64,000 nucleotides of DNA from an uncultured Clostridia bacterium (GCA_947649575.1 CANSRZ010000004.1:71569-135568), one strand, 5' to 3'. Counted from the stretch's first letter, positions 1 through 10,054 are shown. Notes: generated by a model from the letters alone, not told the origin. A program made the numbers and translations.

Positions 1-795
1 TTGCCTGACGCTCCTGTTGCTTTATTTTGCAAGGGGGACGTGTCTTTGCTGCAAAAATTTTCAATAGCCATAGTTGGCTCTCGCAGTCCGTCAAATTATG
101 GTCGAATTGTGACTGACGAGTTCGCAAGCGAGATTGCAAGGTCTGGTGCTATTGTTGTAAGCGGGCTTGCTTATGGCGTTGACAGTATTGCTCATGAAAA
201 GACTTTGGAAATTGGCGGAAAGACGATTGCTGTTTTAGGCAGCGGCTTTAACTATATTTATCCTGCCGAGCATACTCAGCTTGCAAATGAAATTGCCCAG
301 AAAGGCTTGCTTATCAGCGAGTACAGCCCGTCTTTTAAGGCGACAAAATACACTTTTGTGGCAAGGAACAGGATTATTGCTGGGCTTTGCGACGGACTGC
401 TTATCACAGAGGGCAGTTTGTCTAGTGGCACGCGTTCTACAAAAGATTTTGCGCTTAATTATGGCAAAGATGTTTATGCAATTCCTGGCTCAATCAAGAG
501 TTTGGCATCTGACCTGCCAAACAAACTGATTGCATGCGGTCATGCAAAGTGTGTACTTTCGGCAAAGGACATTTTGGAGGAATATAATCTTAAAAGCGTC
601 AAGAAAGTGGAGGTTAGACAAACATCCGCGCAAGAGGATATAATTCTCAATTTGCTTGCCGACGGCGAGAAAGATGTGGCATATTTGCAAGAAAATTCTG
701 GATTTGATATAAAAAATCTTAATTCTTATTTGACATTACTTGAAATTCGTGGGATAATAAGAAAGTTGCCGGGTAATTTTTACGCGGTCGTTTAA
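1..795 (+). CDS. dprA: DNA processing protein DprA/Smf (N-terminus may lie outside window)
   Basis: ORF open at left edge. Motifs GSRSPSNYG, SGLAYGVDSIAHE and GSGFNYIYPAEH are typical of DprA. Stop overlaps the topA start (TAATG). dprA-topA synteny is as in Firmicutes. Confidence 0.85.
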   Translation: MPDAPVALFCKGDVSLLQKFSIAIVGSRSPSNYGRIVTDEFASEIARSGAIVVSGLAYGVDSIAHEKTLEIGGKTIAVLGSGFNYIYPAEHTQLANEIAQKGLLISEYSPSFKATKYTFVARNRIIAGLCDGLLITEGSLSSGTRSTKDFALNYGKDVYAIPGSIKSLASDLPNKLIACGHAKCVLSAKDILEEYNLKSVKKVEVRQTSAQEDIILNLLADGEKDVAYLQENSGFDIKNLNSYLTLLEIRGIIRKLPGNFYAVV

Positions 796-2897
796 TGGAG
801 GAAAAATTGAAACTTGTTATTATTGAGTCTCCTGCAAAGAGAGAATCACTTAAAAAATATCTTGGCCCTGATTATGAGGTCTATGCAACAAAAGGTCATA
901 TCCGCGACTTGCCTCAAAAATCTTTTGCCATTGATTTAAAAAATAATTTTCAACCTAAATATGAAATTTTGCCAGACAAGAAAGAACTTATTGCTGGGTT
1001 AAAGAAAAAGGCTGAGCAAGCTGATTATGTTTATATCGCAACCGACCCCGACCGTGAGGGTGAGGCTATTTCTTGGCACGTGGCTTATGTGCTTGGATAT
1101 CCAGCTGACAAAAAATGCAGAATTCAATTTAATGAAATCTCTAAAAAGGCTGTTACAAAGGCTCTTGAAGAGCCAAGGGCAATTGACCTTAATCTTGTAG
1201 ACGCTCAGCAGGCTCGAAGAGTTATGGATAGAATCGTGGGCTATAAGCTTTCTCCAATTCTTTGCAAAAAGATTGCGCCTAAACTTTCGGCAGGGCGTGT
1301 TCAATCAGTTGCACTCAAACTTGTTGTTGACCGTGAAAAAGAGATTGAAGAGTTTAAGCCAGAAGAATTTTGGACTGTGACTGCAACTCTTGAAAAGTCA
1401 GGGCAGGCATTTAAAGCAAGTCTTGACAAAAAAGATAAGAAAAAATTTGTCCCTAAAAACAAAGAAGAAGTTGACCAGGCACTTGAAAAAATCAAGCAAG
1501 GTCAGTTTGAAATTGTTGAACTTAAAAAAGCTAACACAAAATCTCATGCCCCAGCACCATTTACAACTTCGACTATGCAACAAGACGCGCTTAATAAACT
1601 TGGCATGAGTTTGAAGAGAACTTCTTCAGCTGCACAACAACTTTATGAAGGCGTTGAACTGAAAGGCGAGGGCAAGACCGCTCTTATCACTTACATCAGA
1701 ACTGACAGCGTGCGAATTTCAACTGACGCACAAAATGCTTGTCTTGATTATATCAAGCGTACTTATGGCGACAAGTTTGTGCCAGCAAAGCCTAACATTT
1801 ATCATACAAAAGAATCGGCTCAGGACGCGCACGAAGCTATCAGACCTATTTCTATGGATAGAAAGCCAGAGGATATTAAAGATAGCGTTGCGCCTGATAA
1901 TTATAGATTATATAAGCTTATTTATGAGCGTTTCCTTGCCAGTCAAATGGCAGAAGCCGAATATGCAAGCGTGACAGTCAACTTTGACGTCAATGGCTAT
2001 GGCTTTAAGGCGAGCGGAAAAACTATGCTTTTCCCTGGCTATACAACTGCATACAAGGAATATGTTGACGATGATAAAAATGAAGGCAAAGAAACTTTGG
2101 CAGGCAAACTTCCTGTTATGGAAGAGGGAGAAGTTATTCCTTGCAAAGAAATCTTGCCAGAGCAAAAATTTACAAAGCCTCCAACTCGTTACACTGAGGC
2201 AAGCCTTGTCAAGGCTATGGAAGAAAAGGGGATTGGTCGACCTGCAACTTATGCGGCAACTATCACTGTTTTAACAAGCAGAACATATTGCGAAAAAGAG
2301 GGGAAATATCTTGTTCCAACAAAGCTTGGAAGAAATGTTACTGATTATCTTGACCAATTTTTCTCATCAGTTATCAATGTTAAATTTACGGCTCACATGG
2401 AGCAACGTCTTGATGATATTGCTGAGGATAAAGATGAATGGCAGAAAGTTATTGAAGCGTTCTGGGACGGTTTTTCTGTGCTTCTTGGAAAAGCTGACGC
2501 CTCAGCTGTTACTATGAAAGCTCCGCCAGAGGAAACTGACATTGTTTGCGAAAAATGCGGAGGCAAAATGCTTATCCGTGAGGGGCGTTATGGCAAGTTT
2601 TTGGGTTGTGCAAATTTCCCAAAATGCAAGAACGTTCAGCCACTTCCTGAAAAGGCGGCTGAGCCTAAAAAATATGCTGGCATTTGCCCTGAATGTGGAG
2701 CAAAAATGACGGTGCGTCATTCAAAGCGTGGAAAGTTATATTATTCTTGCGAGCGTTATCCTGATTGCACTTGCATGACTTGGGATTTGCCTACTGGCAA
2801 AAAGTGTCCTAAATGCAAAAGCCCAATTGTGCAAAAAGGCAAAGTAATCAAGTGTAGCAACAAGGATTGCGATTATAAGGAAGAAAATCCAAGTTAA
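795..2897 (+). CDS. topA: DNA topoisomerase I
   Basis: TOPRIM N-terminus (LVIIESPAKRESLKKYLG, ATDPDREGEAISWH). Active-site region ITYIRTDS. Several C-terminal Cys4 zinc ribbons (CEKCGG..C..FPKC, CPECGAKM, CPKCKSP). Confidence 0.95.
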   Translation: MEEKLKLVIIESPAKRESLKKYLGPDYEVYATKGHIRDLPQKSFAIDLKNNFQPKYEILPDKKELIAGLKKKAEQADYVYIATDPDREGEAISWHVAYVLGYPADKKCRIQFNEISKKAVTKALEEPRAIDLNLVDAQQARRVMDRIVGYKLSPILCKKIAPKLSAGRVQSVALKLVVDREKEIEEFKPEEFWTVTATLEKSGQAFKASLDKKDKKKFVPKNKEEVDQALEKIKQGQFEIVELKKANTKSHAPAPFTTSTMQQDALNKLGMSLKRTSSAAQQLYEGVELKGEGKTALITYIRTDSVRISTDAQNACLDYIKRTYGDKFVPAKPNIYHTKESAQDAHEAIRPISMDRKPEDIKDSVAPDNYRLYKLIYERFLASQMAEAEYASVTVNFDVNGYGFKASGKTMLFPGYTTAYKEYVDDDKNEGKETLAGKLPVMEEGEVIPCKEILPEQKFTKPPTRYTEASLVKAMEEKGIGRPATYAATITVLTSRTYCEKEGKYLVPTKLGRNVTDYLDQFFSSVINVKFTAHMEQRLDDIAEDKDEWQKVIEAFWDGFSVLLGKADASAVTMKAPPEETDIVCEKCGGKMLIREGRYGKFLGCANFPKCKNVQPLPEKAAEPKKYAGICPECGAKMTVRHSKRGKLYYSCERYPDCTCMTWDLPTGKKCPKCKSPIVQKGKVIKCSNKDCDYKEENPS

Positions 2898-4156
2898 TGA
2901 AAATTAAAAGAACTGTGAACATTATAGGTTGTGGTTTCGCGGGCATTGAGTGTGCTTTGTTTTTGGCGAGCCATGGCGTTAATGTTCACATTTTTTGTGA
3001 TAAAGAGGAGTCATATAAATGCGATTGCATAACCTGCGAGTGTCTTGCTAAAAGTGAGAAAAACTCTAACTATGCAAGAGATATGCTTCGCGAAGAACTA
3101 AAAACTTTGAACAGCGCTCTTATTGACGAAGAAAGCAAACTATCTAAAAACGGTCTTGTTGAATGTGGCTGTGTGGCGTCAAGGCTTCTTGAATTTGGAA
3201 GAAATTTGATAAAAAATCATGAAAACATAAAGCTTTTTAAAATTAATGTAAAAGAGCTTGACACAGAAGAACTTAATGTTGTTGCAACAGGCACTCACAC
3301 AAGCAAAGAGTTGTTTGAATGGCTTAAAGATTGTTTTGGCTCAATGAGGCTGATTGATGATTGTTATGAAAACCCGATTGTGAACAGGCTTGATAAAGAT
3401 TTTCTTTTTAAGAAAGAGGGTGATGAAAGCGAAGATTTATATCTCCCGCTTGCTTATCATGAATATATTGGCTTTTGCAATGAGATTGTCAAAGCGCACA
3501 ATGAATATCTTGATTTAACAAAGTCAAACAAGCTGGATAGCGGTGAGTTTACTGTTGAGAAACTTATCGGGAAAGGCAAGGACGCTCTCAAAAATTATGC
3601 ATTTCGCGAATGTAAACTTGTTGGACTTGAAGAAAGGCCTTATGCAATAATTCGTTTCAAAAAGCATGAACTGGGATATGAAATTTGTGGTCTGGCAAGT
3701 GAACTGCCAACAAATTTTCAAGATAGATTTATATATTTCTTAACGCCTTGCTATAATTGCCAAATTGTGAGATATTCAAGAGTTGTAAAAAGTGGATATA
3801 TCAACTCGCCATACATCATCAATGAACATAGTCAAGCAGTTAAAAATCCAAGGCTTTTCTTTGCAGGGGCAATCACTGGCTTGGAGGGACATTTGGAAGC
3901 AATGGCAAGCGGACTTGTAACTGCTATGAACTTATTAACTCAAATAAAAGGCAAAAAATTTGTCAGTTTGCCAAAAAATACAATGATTAGCAGTTTAACT
4001 CGTAAAATTTTAACAAATAATGGTATAAAATTCTCGCCAATTTTGGCAAATTATGATATAATGGAAGAAAGCCTTGACCGAGAGGAGTTAAAATCTCGCT
4101 CAAAGCAAGAACTTACAAAATTTATGGAGGACTTTAATGGAAAATTCAATGTTTAG
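2897..4156 (+). CDS. TrmFO/Gid-like FAD-dependent tRNA (uracil-5)-methyltransferase homolog, divergent
   Basis: N-terminal dinucleotide-binding motif [15 protein letters not shown]-terminal [21 protein letters not shown] matches the TrmFO signature. Position between topA and hslV is as in Bacillus. The central region is poorly conserved. Confidence 0.6.
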   Translation: MKIKRTVNIIGCGFAGIECALFLASHGVNVHIFCDKEESYKCDCITCECLAKSEKNSNYARDMLREELKTLNSALIDEESKLSKNGLVECGCVASRLLEFGRNLIKNHENIKLFKINVKELDTEELNVVATGTHTSKELFEWLKDCFGSMRLIDDCYENPIVNRLDKDFLFKKEGDESEDLYLPLAYHEYIGFCNEIVKAHNEYLDLTKSNKLDSGEFTVEKLIGKGKDALKNYAFRECKLVGLEERPYAIIRFKKHELGYEICGLASELPTNFQDRFIYFLTPCYNCQIVRYSRVVKSGYINSPYIINEHSQAVKNPRLFFAGAITGLEGHLEAMASGLVTAMNLLTQIKGKKFVSLPKNTMISSLTRKILTNNGIKFSPILANYDIMEESLDREELKSRSKQELTKFMEDFNGKFNV

Positions 4157-4679
4157 AGGGACAACCATTTGTGGCGTAAAACGTAACGGCAAAATTGCTA
4201 TTGCTGGTGACGGACAAGTTACAATGGGTGAAAGTGTTATTTTTAAAGGTAACGCAAAAAAGGTTAGAAGAATTTATAATGATCAAGTTGTTATCGGATT
4301 TGCAGGAAGCGTGTCTGATGCTTTTTCACTTTGCGAAAGATTTGAAGCTATGCTTTCAAAATTCTCAGGCAATCTTATGAGATCTGCTGTCGAGCTTGCT
4401 CAAACCTGGCGTGATGACAAGGCTGTTCGCAAACTTGACGCGCTTATGATTATTGCTGATAAAAATCAAATTTTGATGGTGTCAGGCACTGGCGAAGTTA
4501 TTGAGCCTGATGATGACATTTGTGCAATTGGCTCTGGCGGTAACTACGCTTTTGCTGCTGCCAAAGCGTTAAAGCAAAATACTGATTTGTCAGCCACTGA
4601 AATCGCTGGCAAAGCACTTAAAATTGCAAGCGAGATTTGTGTGTTCACAAACGGAAATATCATTGTGGAGGAGGTTTAA
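4137..4679 (+). CDS. hslV: ATP-dependent protease subunit HslV (ClpQ)
   Basis: N-terminal [22 protein letters not shown] (Thr protease). [11 protein letters not shown] motif. Followed by hslU. Confidence 0.9.
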   Translation: MENSMFRGTTICGVKRNGKIAIAGDGQVTMGESVIFKGNAKKVRRIYNDQVVIGFAGSVSDAFSLCERFEAMLSKFSGNLMRSAVELAQTWRDDKAVRKLDALMIIADKNQILMVSGTGEVIEPDDDICAIGSGGNYAFAAAKALKQNTDLSATEIAGKALKIASEICVFTNGNIIVEEV

Positions 4680-4680
4680 T

Positions 4681-5976
4681 ATGAACTATTCACCAAGACA
4701 AGTTGTTGAAGAACTTGATAAATATATTGTTGGGCAAGCAAAGGCAAAAAGAGCGGTTGCTATTGCACTCAGAAATCGTTATCGTCGCAGTCAACTCCCA
4801 AAAGAGTTAAGAGAGGAAATTACTCCTAAAAATATCATTATGCGTGGCCCTACTGGCGTTGGTAAAACTGAAATTGCAAGACGTCTTGCTAAACTTGTTA
4901 AAGCGCCATTTATTAAAATCGAGGCCACTAAGTACACAGAGGTTGGCTATGTTGGACGTGATGTTGAAAGCATGATTCGTGACCTTGTTGAGGTTTCTGT
5001 AAGAATGGTCAAAGACGAAAAAGCTCATGAAATGGAAGCAAAAGTTGCTCCAACTGTTGAAAATCGCATAGTTGACGCTATTTGCGACACTTGGCGCGCT
5101 CAGGACAAGCAAGTTGACCGCACAATTGTTACAAACGAATATCGCGCAGGCATGCTTGATAATGAAAATATTGATATTATGGTGACTGATACTCCAAAAC
5201 CTATGGTGGCTATTGGTGGGCCTGGGATTGATTTAGGTTCTATGTTTGACGGGATTATGCCATCAAAACGAAAAAAGCGCAAAATGACTGTTGCAAGAGC
5301 GCGCGAAGTTGTTATGGCGGAAGAATGTGACCGCGTGATTGATAACGACAATGTGAACGCAGAGGCAATACGCCGTGCAGAAGAAGAGGGCATTATCTTT
5401 ATTGACGAAATTGATAAGATTATCGGCAAAGGCGGAGCAAGCAATAATCAAGATGTTTCAAGAGAGGGCGTGCAACGTGATATTCTGCCAATTGTTGAGG
5501 GTAGCACAGTTTCAACCAAATATGGCAATGTAAAAACGGACTTTATTCTTTTTGTAGCATCAGGAGCGTTCCATGTTAGCCGTATTGAAGATATGATTCC
5601 AGAACTTCAAGGCCGTTTCCCAATTCGCGTTGACCTTGACAACCTTACAAAAGAGGACTTCAAAAAAATTTTGGCAGAAACCAAAAACTCACTTATCTTC
5701 CAGTATTCAAGCATATTGAAAGTTGACAATATTGACCTCAAATTTACAAAGGACGCGCTTGACGAAATTGCTGAAATGGCAGTTGCTGAAAATGAAACAA
5801 GCGAAAACATTGGTGCACGCCGACTCCACACAATCATGGAACTTCTTCTTGAAGACATTTCTTTCAACGCCTCAGGCGACCACCCAATGCTTGAAGTGAA
5901 GATTGATAGAGCATATGTTCAAAACGCATTCAAAGAAACAAAGAAAAAGTTTGATTTAAAGAAGTATGTGTTATAA
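4681..5976 (+). CDS. hslU: ATP-dependent protease ATPase subunit HslU (ClpY)
   Basis: Start moved from the track's 4624 to the ATG at 4681 (MNYSPRQVVEELDKYIVGQ), directly after the hslV stop. Walker A GPTGVGKTEIARRLA. Walker B IIFIDEIDKI. Confidence 0.95.
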   Translation: MNYSPRQVVEELDKYIVGQAKAKRAVAIALRNRYRRSQLPKELREEITPKNIIMRGPTGVGKTEIARRLAKLVKAPFIKIEATKYTEVGYVGRDVESMIRDLVEVSVRMVKDEKAHEMEAKVAPTVENRIVDAICDTWRAQDKQVDRTIVTNEYRAGMLDNENIDIMVTDTPKPMVAIGGPGIDLGSMFDGIMPSKRKKRKMTVARAREVVMAEECDRVIDNDNVNAEAIRRAEEEGIIFIDEIDKIIGKGGASNNQDVSREGVQRDILPIVEGSTVSTKYGNVKTDFILFVASGAFHVSRIEDMIPELQGRFPIRVDLDNLTKEDFKKILAETKNSLIFQYSSILKVDNIDLKFTKDALDEIAEMAVAENETSENIGARRLHTIMELLLEDISFNASGDHPMLEVKIDRAYVQNAFKETKKKFDLKKYVL

Positions 5977-5991
5977 AAAGGAGAGGCGCAA

Positions 5992-6603
5992 ATGAAGATT
6001 TATTTTATTAGACATAGTGAATCTAAGGATGATTTAATCAACTGTTATGGTGGGGCTTCCGATTGGGATTTGACAGAAAACGGGGCAAAAAAGGTTGAAA
6101 AATTTAGGCCTAAATTTGAAAAGTTTAATATTCAAAAAATTTATGTTAGTCCTTTGAAGAGGGCATATAAAACGGCAGAAATCTTAAATAAAAAGACAAA
6201 TCTGCCTATTGAAAAGGTTTTTGATTTGCACGAAACAAATCATTATGGTTTTTTGACTGGACTTGAAAAGAATTTGGCAAAAGAATTGTTTGCATATTTG
6301 CTTGAAAAACCAGAATATCAAAATGCAAGTTATTACAACAGAAAAAGTATGCCTGGCGGGGAAACTGCCGACGAATTAGATAAGCGTGTTAAGTGCGTTT
6401 TGAAAAATATAATAAAGAGTAGTAAAGATTTGGACACTATCGCAATAGTAACTCATGGTGGTGTTTTAAGAAGTATATTTTCAACCATTTTAAAAGAAAA
6501 ACGTAAAATTTTAGACATTAAAGACGTTGCATGTGCTGAAGTAGAAAATAACAAAGGCAAATTTACAGTTAAACAAACTGATGGTTTTGTTTTTGAAAAG
6601 TAG
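5992..6603 (+). CDS. histidine phosphatase family protein (phosphoglycerate mutase-like)
   Basis: N-terminal catalytic motif IYFIRHSES. Later THGGVLR motif. RBS AGGAGAGG upstream. Confidence 0.7.
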   Translation: MKIYFIRHSESKDDLINCYGGASDWDLTENGAKKVEKFRPKFEKFNIQKIYVSPLKRAYKTAEILNKKTNLPIEKVFDLHETNHYGFLTGLEKNLAKELFAYLLEKPEYQNASYYNRKSMPGGETADELDKRVKCVLKNIIKSSKDLDTIAIVTHGGVLRSIFSTILKEKRKILDIKDVACAEVENNKGKFTVKQTDGFVFEK

Positions 6604-6609
6604 GGGAAG

Positions 6610-7317
6610 ATGGAAAAAGATAACAAAGTTTTTGACACCTCACGTACAGAACTTCTTATTGGAAAAGATGGAATTGAGCAGTTGAAAAGTAAAAGTGTGA
6701 CGCTTGTTGGTGTTGGCGGTGTAGGTGGCTATGTGGCGACCATGCTTGCGCGTGCTGGGATTGGCAAAATTAAACTTGTGGATTTTGACAAGGTTAGTCC
6801 GTCCAATATCAATCGTCAGGTCGTTGCAAATGTTAACACAATTGGCAGAAGCAAGGTGGAAGTTTTGAGGGAAATGTTGCTTGAAATCAACCCTGAGCTT
6901 GATTGTGAGATTGTTGACGAGAGACTCACGTCAGAAAATGTCGAGAAAATTGTTACGGCTTGTGATATGTGCATAGATGCAATCGACAGCGTGAGTGATA
7001 AGGTTAGCCTAATCGTGCATTGTAAGCAAAACAATATTCCAATTATTTCAGCCATGGGAGCTGGCAATCGTGTGAGCATTCCTAGATTTTACTTGACCGA
7101 TATTTACAAAACTCATGATGACGGCCTTGCCAAGGTATTGAGAAAGAAGTTAAGAGAAAGTGGCATTGCCACACTCGATGTTGTAACTTGCGAGGAAAAA
7201 GCTTTGCAAGTTGAGGGGCGAACAATTGGCTCGATTAGTTATTATCCTGCGATGTGCGGGATAACGTTAGCGGCGGTTGTTATTAATAAATTTTTAGGTG
7301 GATTATCCACTTTTTAA
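6610..7317 (+). CDS. ThiF/HesA family protein, TcdA-like tRNA threonylcarbamoyladenosine dehydratase
   Basis: Rossmann motif LVGVGGVGGYVA. DFDKVSPSNINRQ motif typical of E1-like ThiF/MoeB/TcdA enzymes. Confidence 0.7.
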   Translation: MEKDNKVFDTSRTELLIGKDGIEQLKSKSVTLVGVGGVGGYVATMLARAGIGKIKLVDFDKVSPSNINRQVVANVNTIGRSKVEVLREMLLEINPELDCEIVDERLTSENVEKIVTACDMCIDAIDSVSDKVSLIVHCKQNNIPIISAMGAGNRVSIPRFYLTDIYKTHDDGLAKVLRKKLRESGIATLDVVTCEEKALQVEGRTIGSISYYPAMCGITLAAVVINKFLGGLSTF

Positions 7318-7332
7318 TAAAAGGAGAAATTT

Positions 7333-7641
7333 ATGGAAATTTTGAATAAGGATAATTTTGAAGAACAGACAAAAGATGGCATTGTTGTTGTTGACTTTTT
7401 TGCAACCTGGTGTGGACCTTGCAGAATGATGAGCCCAATTTTGGAAGAAGTGCAAGAAGAGCTTGCAGGCAAGGTGAAAATCTTTAAGGTTGATGTGGAT
7501 GAGAGCGAAGAACTTGCACGCAAGTTTGGAGTTATGATGATACCAACAATTGTTATCTTAGAAAACGGGGAGCAACGCGAAAAGCACGTCGGGCTCTGGC
7601 AAAAAGACGATATGCTTGATGAAATAAAATCGTATCTTTAA
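7333..7641 (+). CDS. trxA: thioredoxin
   Basis: 102 aa with active site WCGPC. RBS AAGGAGA upstream. Confidence 0.9.
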   Translation: MEILNKDNFEEQTKDGIVVVDFFATWCGPCRMMSPILEEVQEELAGKVKIFKVDVDESEELARKFGVMMIPTIVILENGEQREKHVGLWQKDDMLDEIKSYL

Positions 7642-7647
7642 TTTCAT

Positions 7648-7683
7648 CTTCTTTTCTTTTAAAGAAAAGAAGCAAAAGAAAAC
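7648..7683 (+). repeat. hairpin repeat family, solo copy (CTTCTTTTCTTT-T-AAAGAAAAGAAG + CAAAAGAAAAC), A orientation, directly 3' of trxA
   Basis: Perfect 12-bp polypyrimidine/polypurine inverted repeat followed by CAAAAGAAAAC. The same unit recurs at 15299, 19698, 27133, 27333, 46371 and 46577. Confidence 0.8.
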
Positions 7684-7690
7684 TAAAAAC

Positions 7691-7730
7691 AAAACGCTTA
7701 CTAAAATTATTTAATTTTAGTAAGCGTTTT
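7691..7730. terminator. bidirectional rho-independent terminator between trxA and the convergent 7760..8107 gene
   Basis: AAAACGCTTACTAAAATT / AATTTTAGTAAGCGTTTT long perfect stem flanked by A and T runs. Confidence 0.8.
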
Positions 7731-7759
7731 GTATTGACTTTAACTTTATTAAATTCTTA

Positions 7760-8107
7760 TTACTCTTGTGGGATGACAAGTTCGCGAAGAGTGTTTGTTT
7801 CTTGTTGAAGTTTGTTTGTTTCATGCTCTTCATAATCATTTATCCAGTCAAGCCCAAACTCCTTTGCCATACCTTGCCTAAAAGCAGCATTTACTTGATC
7901 GTTTTTATCATACTCGCTTAAGCAATTGACTTCATAATCATTTTTAAAGATAATATATTCTAAAGCATATACTGCAACATATTCACCCTCATTATTGATA
8001 TAATGTTGCGATAAAGGATAAAAGCATTCTGGCATGTGTTTGTTTAAAAATTTTTCAAAAATTTTTTCTGTCTTTAAATATTTATGTTTTTTGTTTGATT
8101 TTAACAT
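7760..8107 (-). CDS. hypothetical protein (115 aa)
   Basis: Intact ORF with RBS (AGGAGG in the reverse complement of 8108-8125). No recognisable motif. Confidence 0.5.
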   Translation of the reverse strand: MLKSNKKHKYLKTEKIFEKFLNKHMPECFYPLSQHYINNEGEYVAVYALEYIIFKNDYEVNCLSEYDKNDQVNAAFRQGMAKEFGLDWINDYEEHETNKLQQETNTLRELVIPQE

Positions 8108-8293
8108 ATTGTATAACCTCCTAATGTTTATGTTTTTATTATATCATAATAATCGCTTTTGTCAAGAGGTGAAATAAATTAAAATTCTTAGAAAATTAAG
8201 CCATTTTTGGGCAAAAATCGCTTAAAAAGTTGATTTTTGGGTTAAAATTTGATAAATGTGTTAAAATTTTGCTTATTCTTAACAATTTATCTA

Positions 8294-8322
8294 TTGACAA
8301 TCTTGTGGCAAAGTGATAAAAT
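8294..8322 (+). promoter_or_regulatory. sigma-A type promoter for nifS-iscU
   Basis: TTGACA (8294-8299), 17-nt spacer, extended -10 TGaTAAAAT (8314-8322). Confidence 0.7.
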
Positions 8323-8445
8323 AAAAGCGACAGAAGAATGAAAATCACAGCTTTTGATTTGCTTTTTGTTATTGATAAACCATCACTTAAAAACAAAAAC
8401 AAGCAAAAGAATGCTTCTATCAAACTTTTTATAAAGGAAGTGACT

Positions 8446-9618
8446 ATGAGAAAAGTTTATCTTGATAATGCAGCAACAACTTATGTTTCTAGCGAAGTTT
8501 TGGCTGAAATGTTGCCTTGTTTTAACACAATTTATGGCAATTCAAGCTCGCTTCACAGCTTTGGGCGTGAGGCTTCAAACATTGTGGACAGAGCTAGGGA
8601 CAGAATAGCAAATGCTATTGGTGCTGCAAAATCCAATGAAATATATTTTACTTCTGGCGGAACAGAAGCTGATAACTGGGCAATTAAAGGCATTGCTCAT
8701 GCTTATGCAAATAAAGGCAAACACATCATCACAAGCGCGATTGAGCATCATGCGATTTTGGAAGCCTGCAAACAACTTGAAAAAGAGGGTTATGAAGTGA
8801 CTTATCTTCCTGTTGACAAATATGGTCTTGTAAGTTTGCCTGACCTTATTCATGAAATCAGAAAGGACACAACTCTTGTTTCAATTATGACTGTTAATAA
8901 CGAAGTTGGAACTATTCAAAATGTTAAAGCTATTGCAAAGATTTGTCATGAATATGGCGTAATTTTCCATACTGACGCTGTTCAGGGCATTGGCGCACTT
9001 AGAATCAATGTTAAGGATATGGATATCGACGCTATGAGCATTTCGGGGCATAAAATTTATGGACCAAAAGGCGTCGGCGCGTTGTATCTTAAAAACGGGA
9101 TCAGAATTGATCCACTTATCATTGGCGGCAATCAAGAACGTGCTAAACGTGGCGGAACTATTAACGTTCCTGCTGTTGCTGGCTTTGGAAAAGCTGTTGA
9201 AATTGCTGTTCGTGACATTGCAATCAATCAACAAAAACTTAAAGCAATTCGTGAGTACTTTATTGATAAGGTTACAGAGCGCATTCCATATATTCAAATC
9301 AACGGACACCCACAACAAAAAATTCAAGGCACTGTTCATATCTCTTTTGAGATGATTGAGGGAGAATCAATCCTTATGCTGCTTGACCTTGAAGGTATTG
9401 CTGTTTCTACTGCTTCGGCTTGCACTTCAAATTCACTTGAGCCATCTCATGTTTTGCGTGCTATGGGCATTCCTGATGAAATTGCACAGGGCTCAATTCG
9501 TTTCTCATTTGGCAAAAATATTTCTAAAGACGATGTTGACTATGTTGTTGATGTGCTTGAAAAAGCAGTTGAACAACTTAGATCGATTTCACCAATAACT
9601 AAAGCGGGGAGGAAATAA
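8446..9618 (+). CDS. nifS: cysteine desulfurase (NifS/IscS type)
   Basis: Start moved from the track's 8338 to the ATG at 8446 (MRKVYLDNAATT), preceded by AAGGAAG. PLP-lysine motif SGHKIYGPKG. Catalytic loop SACTSNS. Confidence 0.9.
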   Translation: MRKVYLDNAATTYVSSEVLAEMLPCFNTIYGNSSSLHSFGREASNIVDRARDRIANAIGAAKSNEIYFTSGGTEADNWAIKGIAHAYANKGKHIITSAIEHHAILEACKQLEKEGYEVTYLPVDKYGLVSLPDLIHEIRKDTTLVSIMTVNNEVGTIQNVKAIAKICHEYGVIFHTDAVQGIGALRINVKDMDIDAMSISGHKIYGPKGVGALYLKNGIRIDPLIIGGNQERAKRGGTINVPAVAGFGKAVEIAVRDIAINQQKLKAIREYFIDKVTERIPYIQINGHPQQKIQGTVHISFEMIEGESILMLLDLEGIAVSTASACTSNSLEPSHVLRAMGIPDEIAQGSIRFSFGKNISKDDVDYVVDVLEKAVEQLRSISPITKAGRK

Positions 9619-9620
9619 TT

Positions 9621-10025
9621 ATGTATAACAAAACTGTTTTAGAAAGATTTAAAAATCCTAAAAACGCTGGCGGACTTCGTGGCGCAAACGGCGTTGGCAA
9701 AGTTGGCAATGCTGCTTGTGGCGATATTATGAAAATGTATCTCTTAATCAACGAGGACGGCATAATCGAGGACGCAAAGTTCAAAACATTTGGTTGCTGC
9801 GCTGCGATTGCTTCAACTGATGTTGCTTGCGACCTTGTTAAAGGCAAAACAATTGATGAAGCACTTAAAGTGACAAACAAACAAGTGTTTGATATCTTAG
9901 GCGATTTGCCAGCACATAAAATTCACTGCTCAGTCTTGGCTGAAGAGTCAATCAGAGCAGCAGTTGAAGATTATTACAAGCGTGTGGAAAAAGAATCTAA
10001 AAAAATAGCTAAAGATAATCAATAA
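9621..10025 (+). CDS. iscU: Fe-S cluster assembly scaffold IscU/NifU N-terminal type
   Basis: Three conserved Cys contexts: AACGD, FGCCAAIAS and HCSVLA. Immediately downstream of nifS. Confidence 0.9.
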   Translation: MYNKTVLERFKNPKNAGGLRGANGVGKVGNAACGDIMKMYLLINEDGIIEDAKFKTFGCCAAIASTDVACDLVKGKTIDEALKVTNKQVFDILGDLPAHKIHCSVLAEESIRAAVEDYYKRVEKESKKIAKDNQ

Positions 10026-10026
10026 C

Positions 10027-10054
10027 AAAAAACAGCCAGTTTGGCTGTTTTTTA
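10027..10054 (+). terminator. rho-independent terminator after iscU
   Basis: AACAGCC-AGTT-TGGCTGTT stem followed by a T run. Confidence 0.8.

Noticed and set aside
999-2720. Numerous 60-100 aa ORFs antisense to, or out of frame with, topA. The same pattern occurs within hslU, nifS, ileS, pepF, pcrA, ligA, fusA and tuf.
   Set aside because: They lie wholly inside well-supported conserved genes, lack RBSs and have low-complexity translations. They are typical shadow ORFs of an AT-rich genome.
8338-8445. N-terminal extensions proposed by the track: nifS from 8338, GLUG protein from 11445, hslU from 4624, rpsG from 50844, lspA from 57803, and the 43656 and 48641 ORFs.
   Set aside because: In each case an internal ATG or TTG with a proper GGAG-type RBS matches the conserved protein N-terminus. 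The extensions also overlap promoters, terminators or the upstream gene.
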